A DNA stretch of 63,736 nt, filler included, from Licmophora abbreviata (GCA_900291995.1; 22 parts of 22 records of this genome joined end to end with filler, not necessarily neighbours in it); one strand, 5' to 3'; shown: positions 14,483 to 26,351, numbered from the whole stretch's first letter. Notes: generated by a model from the letters alone, not told the origin. Program-made: numbers and translations.

Positions 14483-15265
14483 TCACTCGGCCCAACCCGG
14501 CTTTCGCTTGTCGAAAAACGCACCGATCCCCTCGGGCGCCTCGTGGCCTTCCCAACACGCCGCAAGTTCCGCGACGGAATGCGCGATCACCGCCTCATCG
14601 ATGCGCGGCCCCAGATGGCGCAGCAGCGCCTTGGCGCGCGCCACGGCACCGGGCGCGCAGGACAGATAAGGCGCCACCTCGGCCTCGATCGCCTCATCCA
14701 GCCGGTCTTCGGGCACCGACCGGGACAGCAGGTTCAGCGCCACGGCCTCCTGCGCGCCAAAGCGTCGCCCCGACATGAACACCCGCCGCGCCCGTGCCTC
14801 GCCCATCCGCGCGCAGACATACGGCCCGATCGTGGCCGGGATCAGCCCCAACCGCGTCTCGGTCAGGCCCATCATGATATGCTCCGCCCCGATCGCCACG
14901 TCACAGACGCTGGCCAGCCCCACACCACCGCCGAAGGCAGGGCCATGCAGCCGCCCGATCAGCGGCTTGGGCAACGTGTTGAGCGCCTGCAGCATATGCG
15001 CCAGCTTGCCGGCCTCGGCCGATCGTGTCTCGGGGTCCGCATCGAATTGCTGCCGCATCCAGTCCAGATCGCCGCCCGCGCAAAACGTCTTGCCGCGGGC
15101 CGCCAGCACCACCACCCGCACGCCCCCATCCGCGCCAAGATCGCGTGCCGCCTCGTGCAGCTCCGCGATCATCCGCGCCGACATGGCATTGTGCTTATCG
15201 GCCCGGTCCAGCCAAAGCGTCGCCACACCGCGCGCATCCCTCTCGATGCTGATCGTCTCGAACAT
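14483..15265 (-). CDS. liuC: Enoyl-CoA hydratase, probable methylglutaconyl-CoA hydratase
   Basis: FCAGGDL, AFGGGVGL, ETRLGLIPA crotonase motifs; in liu cluster. Confidence 0.88.
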   Translation of the reverse strand: MFETISIERDARGVATLWLDRADKHNAMSARMIAELHEAARDLGADGGVRVVVLAARGKTFCAGGDLDWMRQQFDADPETRSAEAGKLAHMLQALNTLPKPLIGRLHGPAFGGGVGLASVCDVAIGAEHIMMGLTETRLGLIPATIGPYVCARMGEARARRVFMSGRRFGAQEAVALNLLSRSVPEDRLDEAIEAEVAPYLSCAPGAVARAKALLRHLGPRIDEAVIAHSVAELAACWEGHEAPEGIGAFFDKRKPGWAE

Positions 15266-15282
15266 GCCCCTGCTCCTTCCGC

Positions 15283-16213
15283 TCATCCGCCTGACCGCAT
15301 CGCGCGGGCCATCTTTGCGGCGCGGGCCAACACCTCGCGGTCCAGCCCTGTCTGATATCCCATCGCCTGCACATGGTCGTGCACCACTTCGGTCGCCACA
15401 TTACCCGACGCCCCCGGCGCATAGGGACAGCCGCCAAGCCCGCCCACCGCCGCGTCGAACACCCTGAGCCCGCGCGCCAGCGACACCCCGATATTGTCCA
15501 GCGCGCGCCCGCCCGTGTCGTGGTAATGCCCGGCCAGCGCACGCAAAGGCACCATGTCGCAGACCGCCGCCAGCATGGCGTCGATCGTCTCGGGCGTGCC
15601 CTGCCCGATCGTGTCGCCAAGCGAAATCTCGTAGCAGCCCATCTCGAAAAGCTGCTCCGCAACACGCGCCACATCCCCCGGCGCGACCGGCCCGTCATAG
15701 GGGCAATCGGTCACACAGGACACGTAGCCCCGCACCGGTATCCCGGCCGCCCGTGCCGCCTCAAGAACCGGCGCGAACCGCTCGAGGCTTTCGGCAATGG
15801 TCGCGTTGATATTGGCCTTCGAGAACCCCTCGGAGGCCGCGCCAAAAATCGCCACCTCATCGGCTTTTGCGGCCAATGCCCCCTCCAGCCCGCGCAGATT
15901 AGGCGTCAGCGCGGCATAGCGGACACCGGGTGCGCGGCGAATGCCAGCCAGGACGTCGGCGGAATCGGCCATCTGCGGCACCCATTTCGGGCTGACGAAA
16001 CTCGCCACCTCGATCCNNNNNNNNNNNNNNNNNNNNNNNNNNNNNNNNNNNNNNNNNNNNTTAATTAATTAANNNNNNNNNNNNNNNNNNNNNNNNNNNN
16101 NNNNNNNNNNNNNNNNCGATCAGCGCGATCTTCTCCGCCGTGGGGATCTGCCGCTTTTCGTTCTGCAGCCCGTCGCGCGGGCCGACCTCGAATATCTCGA
16201 CCCTGTCAGCCAT
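15283..16213 (-). CDS. liuE: Hydroxymethylglutaryl-CoA lyase (split by gap 16017-16116)
   Basis: EVGPRDGLQNE, HYHDT, GGLGGCPYAPGASGNVATE. Confidence 0.95.
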
Positions 16214-16874
16214 ACCATGCCTCATAGAAATCCCTGTCATAGATCCGCGCGCCATCTTCCGTGGGCAACGAGGCGCGAAACCCCTCGCGCTCGGTCAGCC
16301 GCTCGTACCACGCAGCCGTCTGCGGGAACGGGTCGAGCCGCGCGAAATGACACGCCATATAGACCGCCTGCCCCACGCAGATATCCGCCGCCGAGAACCC
16401 GCTGGTCAGCAGATGGTCGCGATTCTCCACCGGCGTCGACAACCGCGCCTCGATCGCAGCATAGCATTTGGCGATCCGTGCCGCCTCGAGCTTCATGACG
16501 ATGGGACTGCGCATGGCATCTTCATAGAGCATGATATGCTGCTGCGTCAGCGCCGCGACATGCTGGCTCAGCGTTTCGGCGAAATGCACCCAGACCAGCC
16601 ACGCCATGCGGTCCATGTCCCCCGGCATCCGGCCCAGTCCCGCCTCGGGAAACCTGTCGCACAGATATTCGACCATGGCGCCCGATTCGAACATCCGCTC
16701 CCCCTCGATCTCCAGCGCAGGCACCCGCCCCGCCGGTGACAGGCTCAGGAATTCAGGCGCGCGCAAGGATTTGTCGAAGGCATGTTCCTGCACCCGGAAC
16801 GGCACCCCCAGCTCATGCAGCAGCCACAACACCCGCATCGAGCGGCTCTGCGGCACATGATGCAGCGTAATCAT
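16206..16874 (-). CDS. Glutathione S-transferase family protein
   Basis: SRSMRVLWLL, PAGRVPAL, FESGA, FSAADI. Confidence 0.93.
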   Translation of the reverse strand: MITLHHVPQSRSMRVLWLLHELGVPFRVQEHAFDKSLRAPEFLSLSPAGRVPALEIEGERMFESGAMVEYLCDRFPEAGLGRMPGDMDRMAWLVWVHFAETLSQHVAALTQQHIMLYEDAMRSPIVMKLEAARIAKCYAAIEARLSTPVENRDHLLTSGFSAADICVGQAVYMACHFARLDPFPQTAAWYERLTEREGFRASLPTEDGARIYDRDFYEAWYG

Positions 16875-18916
16875 GCGCTATCCGCCTCCCCGTCTTTCGC
16901 CTCCACCTGTCCCACCAGCCGAACCAGCGCGGCCCCGGCCTCGACCTGCGCGCCGGCATCGACCAGAACCTCGGCCACGATCCCGTCGCGCGCGGCCAGC
17001 AGGGCATGCTCCATCTTCATGGCCTCCAGCACCGCCAGCCTGTCGCCCTCGGCCACCGCCTGACCGGGCCGCGCCAGCACCTCCTTGACCAGCCCCGGCA
17101 TCGGCGCCTCGATCAGATCGGTATCCCCGCCCCTCGCCGCCGCGCGATCCAATGGATCGATGATCTCGAACCCCAAACCGTACTGGCTGAACACCGTAAC
17201 ATTGGGCCCATTGACCGCCACCTCGGGCGCCGCCTCGCCGTCGATCTGCCAGCGGCCCGCGACGCGGCGCGCCTCCACGGGTCTGCCTGCGACCATGACA
17301 TCATGCGCATCGCGCGACAGGCTGCGCAGGCGCAGCGCGATCTCTTCGCCCTCGCGCCTAAGGATAAGACCGCGCTCCACTGGCTGCCATAGCGTGAACC
17401 CGGTCTCGGCCATGCTCTGCCCGAGCAATCCAAGCGCCGCCAGCCCCGCCAGCGCGATCTCGCCCGGCCGCGGCTGGGGCATGCCGGCCAGCGCGTCGAT
17501 ATCGCGCGCAATCAGCCCGGTATCGACATCGCCCTGCGCAAACCCCCCGTGCCGCGCCAACGCACCAAGAAAGGCCAGGTTGGTCACCGTGCCCGCCACC
17601 TGCGTGGCCTCCAGCGCCGCCGACAGCCGCCTGAGCGCCCCCGCCCGTGTGGCGCCCTGCACGATGATCTTCGCGATCATCGGATCGTAATGCGGCGAGA
17701 TCTCGTCGCCCGCCCGCACACCCGTATCGGCCCTCGCCCCTTCGGCAAAACGCAGATGCGTCAATCGGCCCGTCGCAGGCAGGAAGCCTTTGGGTNNNNN
17801 NNNNNNNNNNNNNNNNNNNNNNNNNNNNNNNNNNNNNNNTTAATTAATTAANNNNNNNNNNNNNNNNNNNNNNNNNNNNNNNNNNNNNNNNNNNNCCTCG
17901 AAGGCATGGCCGCGGATCTCCAGATCCTCCTGTTGCAGGGGCAGCCCCTCGCCCGAGGCCACCCGCAACTGCCAGTCCACCAGATCGACGCCGGTGATCG
18001 CCTCGGTCACGGGATGCTCCACCTGCAGGCGAGTGTTCATCTCCATGAACCAGAACCCGTCGGTCCTGAGCCCCCGGCTGCCATCAACGATGAATTCCAC
18101 CGTGCCCGCCCCCGCATAGCCGATCGCCTCCGCCGCGCGCACCGCCGCCTGTCCCATCGCCACGCGCATCTCTCCGGTCATGCCGGGCGCCGGTGCCTCC
18201 TCGATCACCTTCTGATGGCGCCGCTGCAGCGAACAATCGCGCTCGAAAAGATGCACCGCCCGGCGTCCGTCGCCAAAGACCTGCACCTCGATATGGCGCG
18301 GCTTCGCGACGAATTTCTCGATCAGCACCGCATCATTGCCAAAGGCGGTCCGCGCCTCGCTGCGCGCGCTTCGCAGCGCATCGGCAAAATCCCCCGGCCG
18401 CTCGACCAGCCGCATCCCCTTGCCCCCGCCCCCCGCGACAGCCTTGATCAGCACCGGATAGCCGATCGCATCCGCCGCCCCCGCCAGATGCTCGGGGTCC
18501 TGATTTGCGCCGTGATAGCCCGGCACCACCGGCACGCCCGCCTTCTCCATCAGCGCCTTCGCGGCATCTTTCAGCCCCATCGCCCGGATCGCCGAAGCCG
18601 ACGGCCCGATGAACACCAGCCCCGCCGCCTCGACGGCGTCCACGAAATCGGGGTTCTCCGACAAGAAGCCGTAACCCGGATGGATCGCCTGCGCGCCCGT
18701 CTCCAGCGCCGCCGCGATGATCGCCTCCCCCCGCAGATAGCTCTCGGCAGGCGCAGGCCCGCCGATCCGCACCGCCCGATCCGCCATCGCCACATGCCGC
18801 GCGCCGCGATCCGCATCGGAATAGACCGCCACTGTGCGCACCCCCATGCGCCGGGCGGTATCGATCACGCGGCAGGCGATCTCGCCGCGATTCGCAATCA
18901 GGATCGTCTCGAACAT
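16871..18916 (-). CDS. liuD: 3-methylcrotonyl-CoA carboxylase alpha (biotin) subunit (split by gap 17796-17895)
   Basis: [27 protein letters not shown], biotin motif EAMKMEH. Confidence 0.95.
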
Positions 18917-18948
18917 GCCAGCTCTCTCCCGGGGGCAGCCGCGCCCCT

Positions 18949-18970
18949 CTTCATCGTTCCCCAAATACTC
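18949..18970. repeat. Short intergenic repeat copy (CTTCnTCnnnCCnnAAATAnnC family)
   Basis: CTTCATCGTTCCCCAAATACTC resembles 57139-57160. Confidence 0.45.
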
Positions 18971-19013
18971 ACGTGCATGGGCCCGCGTCTTTGCGCACCC
19001 GTCGCCGTATGGC

Positions 19014-19309
19014 TCACCACCGCGCCAGCGCCTCCAGCGCCTCCTCGGTCATGCGCGCGACAATCGCTTCCGCAGGCTCGACCGCATGGATCAGCCCCAC
19101 CGCCTCTCCGGCAATCGCCGGGGCTTTCTCCGCGTCGCCCTCAGCCACCGCGCTCGCATAAGCCACGCGCGCCGCGTCCGAGGCAGGCCCCCCGGCACCC
19201 CTTCCCATTGCCCGGTCCAGCCATTGCGCAAGGTCCGGATCGTGTAGGGCGCAGGCCAGTCAAGCCCCCGTGCGATATCCGGCAGCGACGAGCGCAGCGT
19301 CCTGTCGCC
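19014..19309 (-). CDS. C-terminal part of nitronate monooxygenase-like flavoprotein, with frameshift near 19190; 5' end in gap
   Basis: [29 protein letters not shown] then, in another frame, [18 protein letters not shown]. Confidence 0.7.
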
Positions 19310-19409
19310 NNNNNNNNNNNNNNNNNNNNNNNNNNNNNNNNNNNNNNNNNNNNTTAATTAATTAANNNNNNNNNNNNNNNNNNNNNNNNNNNNNNNNNNN
19401 NNNNNNNNN

Positions 19410-19468
19410 ATATCCGCCCATAGCTGCCGCGCCTCCTCGGCTTTTGTGCGACTCAGATCATCGCTCAT
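19410..19468 (-). CDS. N-terminal fragment of unknown protein (MSDDLSRTKAEEARQLWAD...), runs into gap
   Basis: ATG preceded by GGAGG; open to the gap. Confidence 0.4.
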
Positions 19469-19549
19469 CGCGCGCCATCCTCCGAGCCATCCTCCGAGAC
19501 GGCTCGCGCGCCCGCCGCGCGTGCAGCGAGGGCCCGCGTCACCACCCTA

Positions 19550-21217
19550 TCACATGCGGAATACGCCAAAGCGGGTCTCCTCTATGGGCGCGCAGAGTGC
19601 GGCGCGCAGCGACAGGGCCAGCACATCGCGCGACTTGCGCGGATCGACGATCCCGTCGTCCCAAAGCCGCGCGCTGGCATAAAGAGGATGCGACTGGCGC
19701 TCGAACATCTCGATCGTGGGGCGCTTGAACGCGGCCTCCTCCTCAGTCGACCATGCGCCGCCCTTGCGCTCGATCGCGTCGCGCTTGACCGTGGCCAGAA
19801 CGCCCGCCGCCTGCTCGCCGCCCATCACCCCGATCCGGCTGTTGGGCCAGGACCACATGAAGCGCGGCTGATAGGCCCGGCCCGACATGCCGTAATTGCC
19901 CGCCCCGAACGAGCCGCCCACCACCATGGTGATCTTGGGCACCGATGTGGTCGCCACCGCCGTCACCATCTTGGCGCCATGGCGCGCGATGCCCTCGTTT
20001 TCGTATTTGCGGCCCACCATGAAACCGGTGATGTTCTGCAGGAAGACAAGCGGCACCCGGCGCTGGCTGCACAGCTCGATGAAATGCGCGCCCTTCTGGG
20101 CGGCCTCCGAAAACAGCACGCCATTATTGGCGACGATCCCCACCGGACAGCCCTTGATATGCGCAAAACCCGTCACCAACGTCTCGCCAAAGCGCGCCTT
20201 GAACTCGTCCAGCCGCGAGCCATCCACCAGCCGCGCGATCACCTCGCGGATATCATAGGGCGTGCGCAGATCGGCAGGCACCACGCCCAACAGGTCCTCG
20301 GGATCATAGGCCGGCTCTTCGGGGCTCGCCCATGCGACCGTGGCCGGGATGACACGGTTCAACCCCGCCACCGCCTGCCGTGCCAGCGCCAGCGCATGCG
20401 CGTCATCCTCGGCCAGGTAATCGGCCACGCCGCTCAGCCGCGTATGCACGTCCCCGCCGCCCAGGTCCTCGGCGCTGACCTGTTCGCCCGTTGCCGCCCG
20501 GACCAGCGGCGGGCCGGCCAGAAAGATCGTGCCCTGATCCTTGACGATAATCGTCACATCCGACATCGCCGGCACATAGGCCCCGCCCGCCGTGCACGAT
20601 CCCATCACCACCGCGATCTGCGGGATGCCCTTGGCGCTCATCCGCGCCTGATTATAGAAGATGCGCCCGAAATGGTCGCGGTCGGGAAAGACCTCGTCCT
20701 GATTGGGCAGGTTCGCACCCCCGCTATCCACCAGATAGATGCAGGGCAGGTTGCATTCCTCGGCAATCTCCTGTGCCCGCAGGTGTTTCTTGACGGTCAT
20801 CGGATAATACGTGCCGCCCTTCACCGTGGCGTCATTGCACAGGATCATGCAGTCCAGCCCCTGCACCCGGCCCACCCCCGCGATCACCCTGCACAAGGNN
20901 NNNNNNNNNNNNNNNNNNNNNNNNNNNNNNNNNNNNNNNNNNTTAATTAATTAANNNNNNNNNNNNNNNNNNNNNNNNNNNNNNNNNNNNNNNNNNNNCC
21001 CCACTTCCAGAAAGGGCGATCCCGGATCGAGCAGGGTCGCCACCCGCTCGCGCGGCAGCATCTTGCCGCGCGCCAGATGCCGTTCGCGCGCCGCCTCCCC
21101 GCCGCCCGCCGCCGCAAGGGCCGCGGCCTCCTCGACCACGCGCAGCGCCGCCAGATGGCCCTCGCGATTGGCGCGGAACTCCTGCGATGTCGCGATCACC
21201 TTGGACTGAAGCTTCAT
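19550..21217 (-). CDS. liuB: 3-methylcrotonyl-CoA carboxylase beta (carboxyltransferase) subunit (split by gap 20899-20998)
   Basis: [37 protein letters not shown]. Confidence 0.96.
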
Positions 21218-21422
21218 GCCGCCTCCGGATATGCTGCGGGGCAGATACGCGCGCCCCGGACTGTTGACATTATGCCGCAACGGCGGCGCTCATGCGGCAC
21301 GGGACGCATATCAACACGGACCGCCATGCCCCGGCGCCGTGTCCAGCGCAGTGGAAACCACTTGAAACGAACACGAGGCCCGTCACCCGGGACACCGCCA
21401 CCGGCACATTCCCCGCACCCCC

Positions 21423-23064
21423 TCATGACGCCCCCTCCCCGGCGGCCCGCGCCTTCAGCGCGCGGCGGATCACCTTGCCCGTCACCGTCATCGGCAGCGC
21501 GTCAAGAAACGTCACCTCTCTTGGATAGCAATGCCCCGCCAGCCGCGCCTTGACATGCTCCTGCAGCGCCCGCGCCAGATCGTCGGTCCCCGCCACCCCG
21601 GGTTTCAACACCACATAGGCCTTCACGATCTGCGTGCGCAGCGCGCAGGGCTTGCCAATCACCCCCACCGTCGCCACAGCCGGATGCGTCAGCAGGCAAT
21701 CCTCGATCTCCCCCGGCCCGATGCGGTAGCCGGCCGAGGTGATGACATCATCCTCGCGCCCCACGAAGCGCAGATAGCCGTCTTCCAGCACACCCCGGTC
21801 CCCGGTCAGCATCCAGTCGCCGCGAAACTTCTCGGCGGTCGCCTCGGGACGCCCCCAATAGCCCAGCATCATGCTCGCCGCGCCGCGCCGGATCGCGATA
21901 TCGCCCTCGCCCGCAACCGCCTTACCCTGCGCGTCGATCACCCCGATCTCGAAACCGGGCACAGGCCGCCCGATCGCGCCCGCGCGCGGCGCGAACAGCG
22001 TGCCGCAGGAACTGGCCACCATGTTGCATTCGGTCTGGCCGTAAAACTCGTTGATCGTCAGCCCAAAGGCCCGCCGCCCCCAGTCCAGCATCTCTGCGCC
22101 CAAGGGCTCGCCGCCACTGGCCACGCTGCGCAATCCCGGCACGGCGCAGCCCTCGGCCTTCAGCATCCTGAGCGCCGTAGGCGGGAAAAAGACATTCCGC
22201 ACGCCCCCGTCCTGCAGCACCCTTGCGCACGCTTCGGGCGTGAACTTCGGCAAGCGCGCCGCCACCACCGGCACCCCAAGCGCCAGCCCCGGCATCAGCA
22301 CATCGAACAGCCCCCCGATCCAGGCCCAATCCGCGGGCGTCCACAGGCAATCGCCCGGCTGGCCCAGAAAATCATGGCTGATCTCGACCCCCNNNNNNNN
22401 NNNNNNNNNNNNNNNNNNNNNNNNNNNNNNNNNNNNTTAATTAATTAANNNNNNNNNNNNNNNNNNNNNNNNNNNNNNNNNNNNNNNNNNNNAGCATCCT
22501 GTGACCATGCAACGCCCCCTTGGGGCTGCCGGTGGTCCCGCTGGTATAGATCAGCACGGCAGGATCTTCAGGGCCGGTCTCCGCAGGCGCCATGCGCCCT
22601 TGGGGCAAATCCACCTCTTCCGGCACCAGCGCCGCGACACCCGGCACCTGCTCAAGCAAAGCCACCCCGTCACCATCGCTCACCACGATCCGCGCACCCG
22701 CATCCGTCAGCCGCGCGCGCAGCGCATCGACCTGAAACAGCTTGAAGAGCGGGATCGACACCGCCCCCAGCTTCCAGATCGCCACATGCGCCGCCGCACA
22801 CCACGCATCCTGCGAGCGCAGCACACCAACCCTGTCGCCGCGCCCGATCCCCTGCCCCGCCAGATGCAGCGCCAGCGCATCCGCCATCTCGCGCAGCGCG
22901 CCATAGCTGGTCTCGCGCCGCTCCGCCGTCAGATCGATGATCGCCACCCGGTCCGGGTCTGTCTCGGCCCAGTCGTCACAGACCTGCGCCGCCATGTTCA
23001 GCCGCGCAGGTATCTGCCAGCGAAAGCCTTGGTACAGCGCGTCATATGGTGCGCGTCTCAGCAT
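21423..23064 (-). CDS. AMP-binding acyl-CoA synthetase (split by gap 22393-22492)
   Basis: YTSGTTGSPKG, YGQTE, TGD, GREDD, TVTGK. Confidence 0.93.
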
Positions 23065-23073
23065 CCCGGCCCC

Positions 23074-23391
23074 TCACGCCCGCCCATCAAGGCGCTTGCG
23101 GTCAGCCACCCGGCCGAACCGGTCGATGAAATACTCGTATCCCGCGCCTTCGGCGTCCTCGCAGATCACCACCAGCCAAAGCCCGTCCGATTGCGCGATC
23201 CGCGCCTGACAATCCGTGCGCTCGGCCCCGGCGCCCGCCTCGGCCAGATATCGGTCCGCCACCGCCTCGATCACATCCGTTTCCGTGGTCAGCACCGCGC
23301 GCCCACCCAGCAAAAGGCCGATTCCCGCCGCCACCGCCACAAGGGCGGCCAGCGGCACGAAAAGTAGAGTGCCTTTTTTCATTTCATCCAA
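23074..23391 (-). CDS. Hypothetical membrane-anchored protein
   Basis: N-terminal hydrophobic helix, Cys pair; start may be 23382. Confidence 0.7.
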   Translation of the reverse strand: MDEMKKGTLLFVPLAALVAVAAGIGLLLGGRAVLTTETDVIEAVADRYLAEAGAGAERTDCQARIAQSDGLWLVVICEDAEGAGYEYFIDRFGRVADRKRLDGRA

Positions 23392-23468
23392 CGAATTGCA
23401 TGTGTGGAGACATTTATTTCATTCCTTGCTTCAACTTCAAACAGTCCTCTTAACCATCTGAATTTAAG

Positions 23469-23972
23469 CTATAAAACAAAAGCCTTATACAGTAAGAAGA
23501 AGCCACGTGCGATCAACACCAGATACGCCAGTGCGCAAAGGTGTGGCAACCAGAAGGTGAAGTTTATCGCTAGGGAATAATGCTCAGCAGGTTCAGTCGG
23601 CAATTTTTCGATTGGCTTTTTGTCTAAATGTACTTGTCGCAATAGATTTTGCTGATCAGCCCAATGCCGCTCCCATGCGGCCACATGCAGCGTCCAATTT
23701 ATGTGGATTATATAGGCGGTAGCGATGCAGAGGAATAATGCGAGCGCAAAATACAAGCCGGCAAAGGAGGCGAGTTGTCGATCTACCGGAAGGTCATTCG
23801 ACAGCCCGATAATTGTGGGAATAGCCAAAAGACCGCCACCAGAGACGAGAACGGCATTTCGAACTACGATAACTCCGTATTCGAAAGCCTTCGTTTCCCG
23901 ATCTGAAATTTGCGGGCGAAAAAATTTAGCGGCATCATCATGTGCGTTTTTATACGACTGATAATCTGTCAT
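23469..23972 (-). CDS. Hypothetical three-TM membrane protein, AT-rich
   Basis: 167-aa ORF, ATGA overlap with liuA stop, base composition visibly unlike the flanks. Confidence 0.75.
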   Translation of the reverse strand: MTDYQSYKNAHDDAAKFFRPQISDRETKAFEYGVIVVRNAVLVSGGGLLAIPTIIGLSNDLPVDRQLASFAGLYFALALFLCIATAYIIHINWTLHVAAWERHWADQQNLLRQVHLDKKPIEKLPTEPAEHYSLAINFTFWLPHLCALAYLVLIARGFFLLYKAFVL

Positions 23973-25132
23973 CCCATGGCGCCCATCAATTCGCGGCCCA
24001 CCAGCATCCGGCGGATTTCGCTGGTGCCCGCACCGATCTCCATCAGCTTGGCATCCCGGAACAGCCTTGCGACCGGCGCATCGGCCAGAAAGCCCGCCCC
24101 GCCCATCGCCTGCACCGCCTGATGCGCCTGCACCATGGCCTGTTCGCTGGCATAAAGGCAGCAGGCGGCCGCATCCTGCCGGGTCACGTCTCCCCGGTCA
24201 CATGCCTTGGCCACCTCGTAGACATAGGCGCGCGCCGAATTCATCGCCGTGTACATGTCGGCGATCTTGCCCTGCATCAGCTGGAACGAGCCGATGGGCT
24301 GCCCGAACTGCTTGCGCTCGGCCATATACGGCATGATCTCATCCAGACAGGCCGCCATGATCCCGGTCCCGATCCCCGCCAGCACGACCCGTTCGTAGTC
24401 CAGCCCCGACATCAGCACGCGCACCCCGCGCCCCTCTTCGCCAAGGACATTCTCGAAGGGAACCTCCACATCGTCGAAGATCAACTCGGCAGTGTTCGAT
24501 CCGCGCATCCCCAGCTTGTCAAAATGCGGGCTGGTGCTGAAGCCCTTCATGGTCTTTTCGATCAGGAACGCGGTGATCCCCTTCGATCCGGCATCAGGAT
24601 CGGTCTTGGCATAGACGACCAGCGTATCGGCGTCAGGGCCGTTGGTGATCCAGTATTTGTTGCCGTTCAGCTTGTAGTGATCGTTGCGCTTCTCGGCCCG
24701 CAGCTTCATCGAGACAACATCGCTGCCCGCGCCCGCCTCGGACATCGCCAGCGCGCCGACATGCGCGCCGCTGACCAGACCGGGCAGGTATTTTTCCTTT
24801 TGCTCCGGCGTCCCGTTCAGCTTGATCTGATTGACGCAAAGGTTGGAATGCGCCCCATAGGACAGCGACACACTGGCCGAGGCGCGCGCAATCTCCTCGA
24901 TGGCGATGACATGCGCCAGATAGGTCATGTCGGCACCGCCATACTCTTCGGACACCGTGATGCCCAACAGACCCAGATCACCCATCTCGCGCCACAGGTC
25001 GGACGGAAAGTCATTGTCGCGGTCAATCGCCGTGGCCATCGGCTTGACCCGCTCCTGTGCCCACCGGTGAACCATCTCCCGCAGGGCGTTCACATCCTCG
25101 CCCAGATCAAACTGCATGACCGCGTTGAACAT
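23969..25132 (-). CDS. liuA: Isovaleryl-CoA dehydrogenase
   Basis: [46 protein letters not shown]. Confidence 0.96.
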   Translation of the reverse strand: MFNAVMQFDLGEDVNALREMVHRWAQERVKPMATAIDRDNDFPSDLWREMGDLGLLGITVSEEYGGADMTYLAHVIAIEEIARASASVSLSYGAHSNLCVNQIKLNGTPEQKEKYLPGLVSGAHVGALAMSEAGAGSDVVSMKLRAEKRNDHYKLNGNKYWITNGPDADTLVVYAKTDPDAGSKGITAFLIEKTMKGFSTSPHFDKLGMRGSNTAELIFDDVEVPFENVLGEEGRGVRVLMSGLDYERVVLAGIGTGIMAACLDEIMPYMAERKQFGQPIGSFQLMQGKIADMYTAMNSARAYVYEVAKACDRGDVTRQDAAACCLYASEQAMVQAHQAVQAMGGAGFLADAPVARLFRDAKLMEIGAGTSEIRRMLVGRELMGAMG

Positions 25133-25160
25133 GCGCCTCTCTCCCGAATTCGGCATTTAT

Positions 25161-25174
25161 TGAACACTTGTTCA
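25161..25174. promoter_or_regulatory. Palindromic operator upstream of liuA
   Basis: TGAACA-CT-TGTTCA perfect inverted repeat in AT-rich context ~30 bp upstream of the start. Confidence 0.6.
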
Positions 25175-25272
25175 TTTTATAGCCGCAACTGCGCCGCCCG
25201 GTCAATCCCGCGCATCGCATGCCCCGCGCACGCTGCGTTAATTCATGCCTTTTCTCGGGTTTTGCAGATCGG

Positions 25273-25316
25273 ATACCGACGCAATACCGACGTCATACCG
25301 ACGCGATACCGAAGAC
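25273..25316 (+). repeat. 11-bp tandem repeat element, copy A (4 units)
   Basis: ATACCGACGCA ATACCGACGTC ATACCGACGCG ATACCGAAGAC. Confidence 0.9.
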
Positions 25317-25414
25317 CGATTTCGCGGTCATTCCCCTTGTTAACAAAGAGATTCGCACGCCGCGCCGCCATCCGCGCACAGTGCCGTCAACGATTTGTTA
25401 ACCGCGATTAACGC

Positions 25415-26351
25415 TCAGCTCTGCGCACCCTGCCAGACCGCGCCCACCTCGGCCCGGATGATCCGCGCGATCAGCGCGCAATCCTCAAGGCTGAAGGTCA
25501 GCGGCAGCCGCATGTCCAGAATGCTTTTCAGGATACGGTCCGATTTGGGCATCCGCTCGCTCGGCGCATAGCGCCAGCTGTCATAGCGGCTGGTAAAGCC
25601 CACAGGCTCAGCGCCCCCGAACCACTTGAGCTCCACACCGCGCCGCAGGCAGCGCGCCACCACCTCGCCCACCGCCGTCTCGTCCCAGTCCAGCAGCAGG
25701 AACTGGATCGACGAGCCGACGAATTTCTCCTCCTCAGGCCGCTCGACCAGCCGCAGACCCGGCGTGCCCCGCAGCCCCTCCTCGACCATGTGATAACGCG
25801 CGTTCCAGGCCGCGCACTGGCTGTCCAGCCGCGCCAGTTGCGGCCGCAGGATCGCCGCTCGCAAATGGTCCATCCTACCGGAAACATTGGGAGTTTCGTA
25901 TTTCACATCCGCGAATATCTCTTCCGGCGGCACCGTCCCATTGCGCCCGTAAAGCATGTAGGACCCCGACAGCATCGTCGCCCGCGCGGCGATTTCATCG
26001 TCATCGGTGACCAGAAAACCGCCCTCGCCCGAGTTCATGTGCTTGTAAGTCTGGGTGCTGTAGCACCCCACCTTGCCCCACCGCCCCGACGCGCGCCCCT
26101 TCCAGGCCGCCCCCATCGTATGCGCGCAATCCTCCAGCACCGTGATCCCGGCCCGGTCGCAGATCGCCATCAATCGTTCCATGTCGCACAGATGCCCGCG
26201 CATATGGCTCAGCATAAGGATGCTGGCCTGATCCGCCTTGGACTCCAGATCGTCCAGATCGATGACCAGATCCTCGGTCACGCCGACGAACACCGGCACC
26301 GCGCCCACACTCGCAATGGCCCCCGGCACCGGCGCGAGCGTGAAGGCATTT
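25415..26351 (-). CDS. DegT/DnrJ/EryC1/StrS family aminotransferase (5' end in gap)
   Basis: EDCAHTMG, STQTYKHMNSGEGG PLP-lysine motif. Confidence 0.9.

Noticed and set aside
25273..25316. 11-bp arrays as mini-CRISPR or plasmid iterons
   Set aside because: No spacers, no cas or rep gene, and units too short; kept as an unexplained repeat
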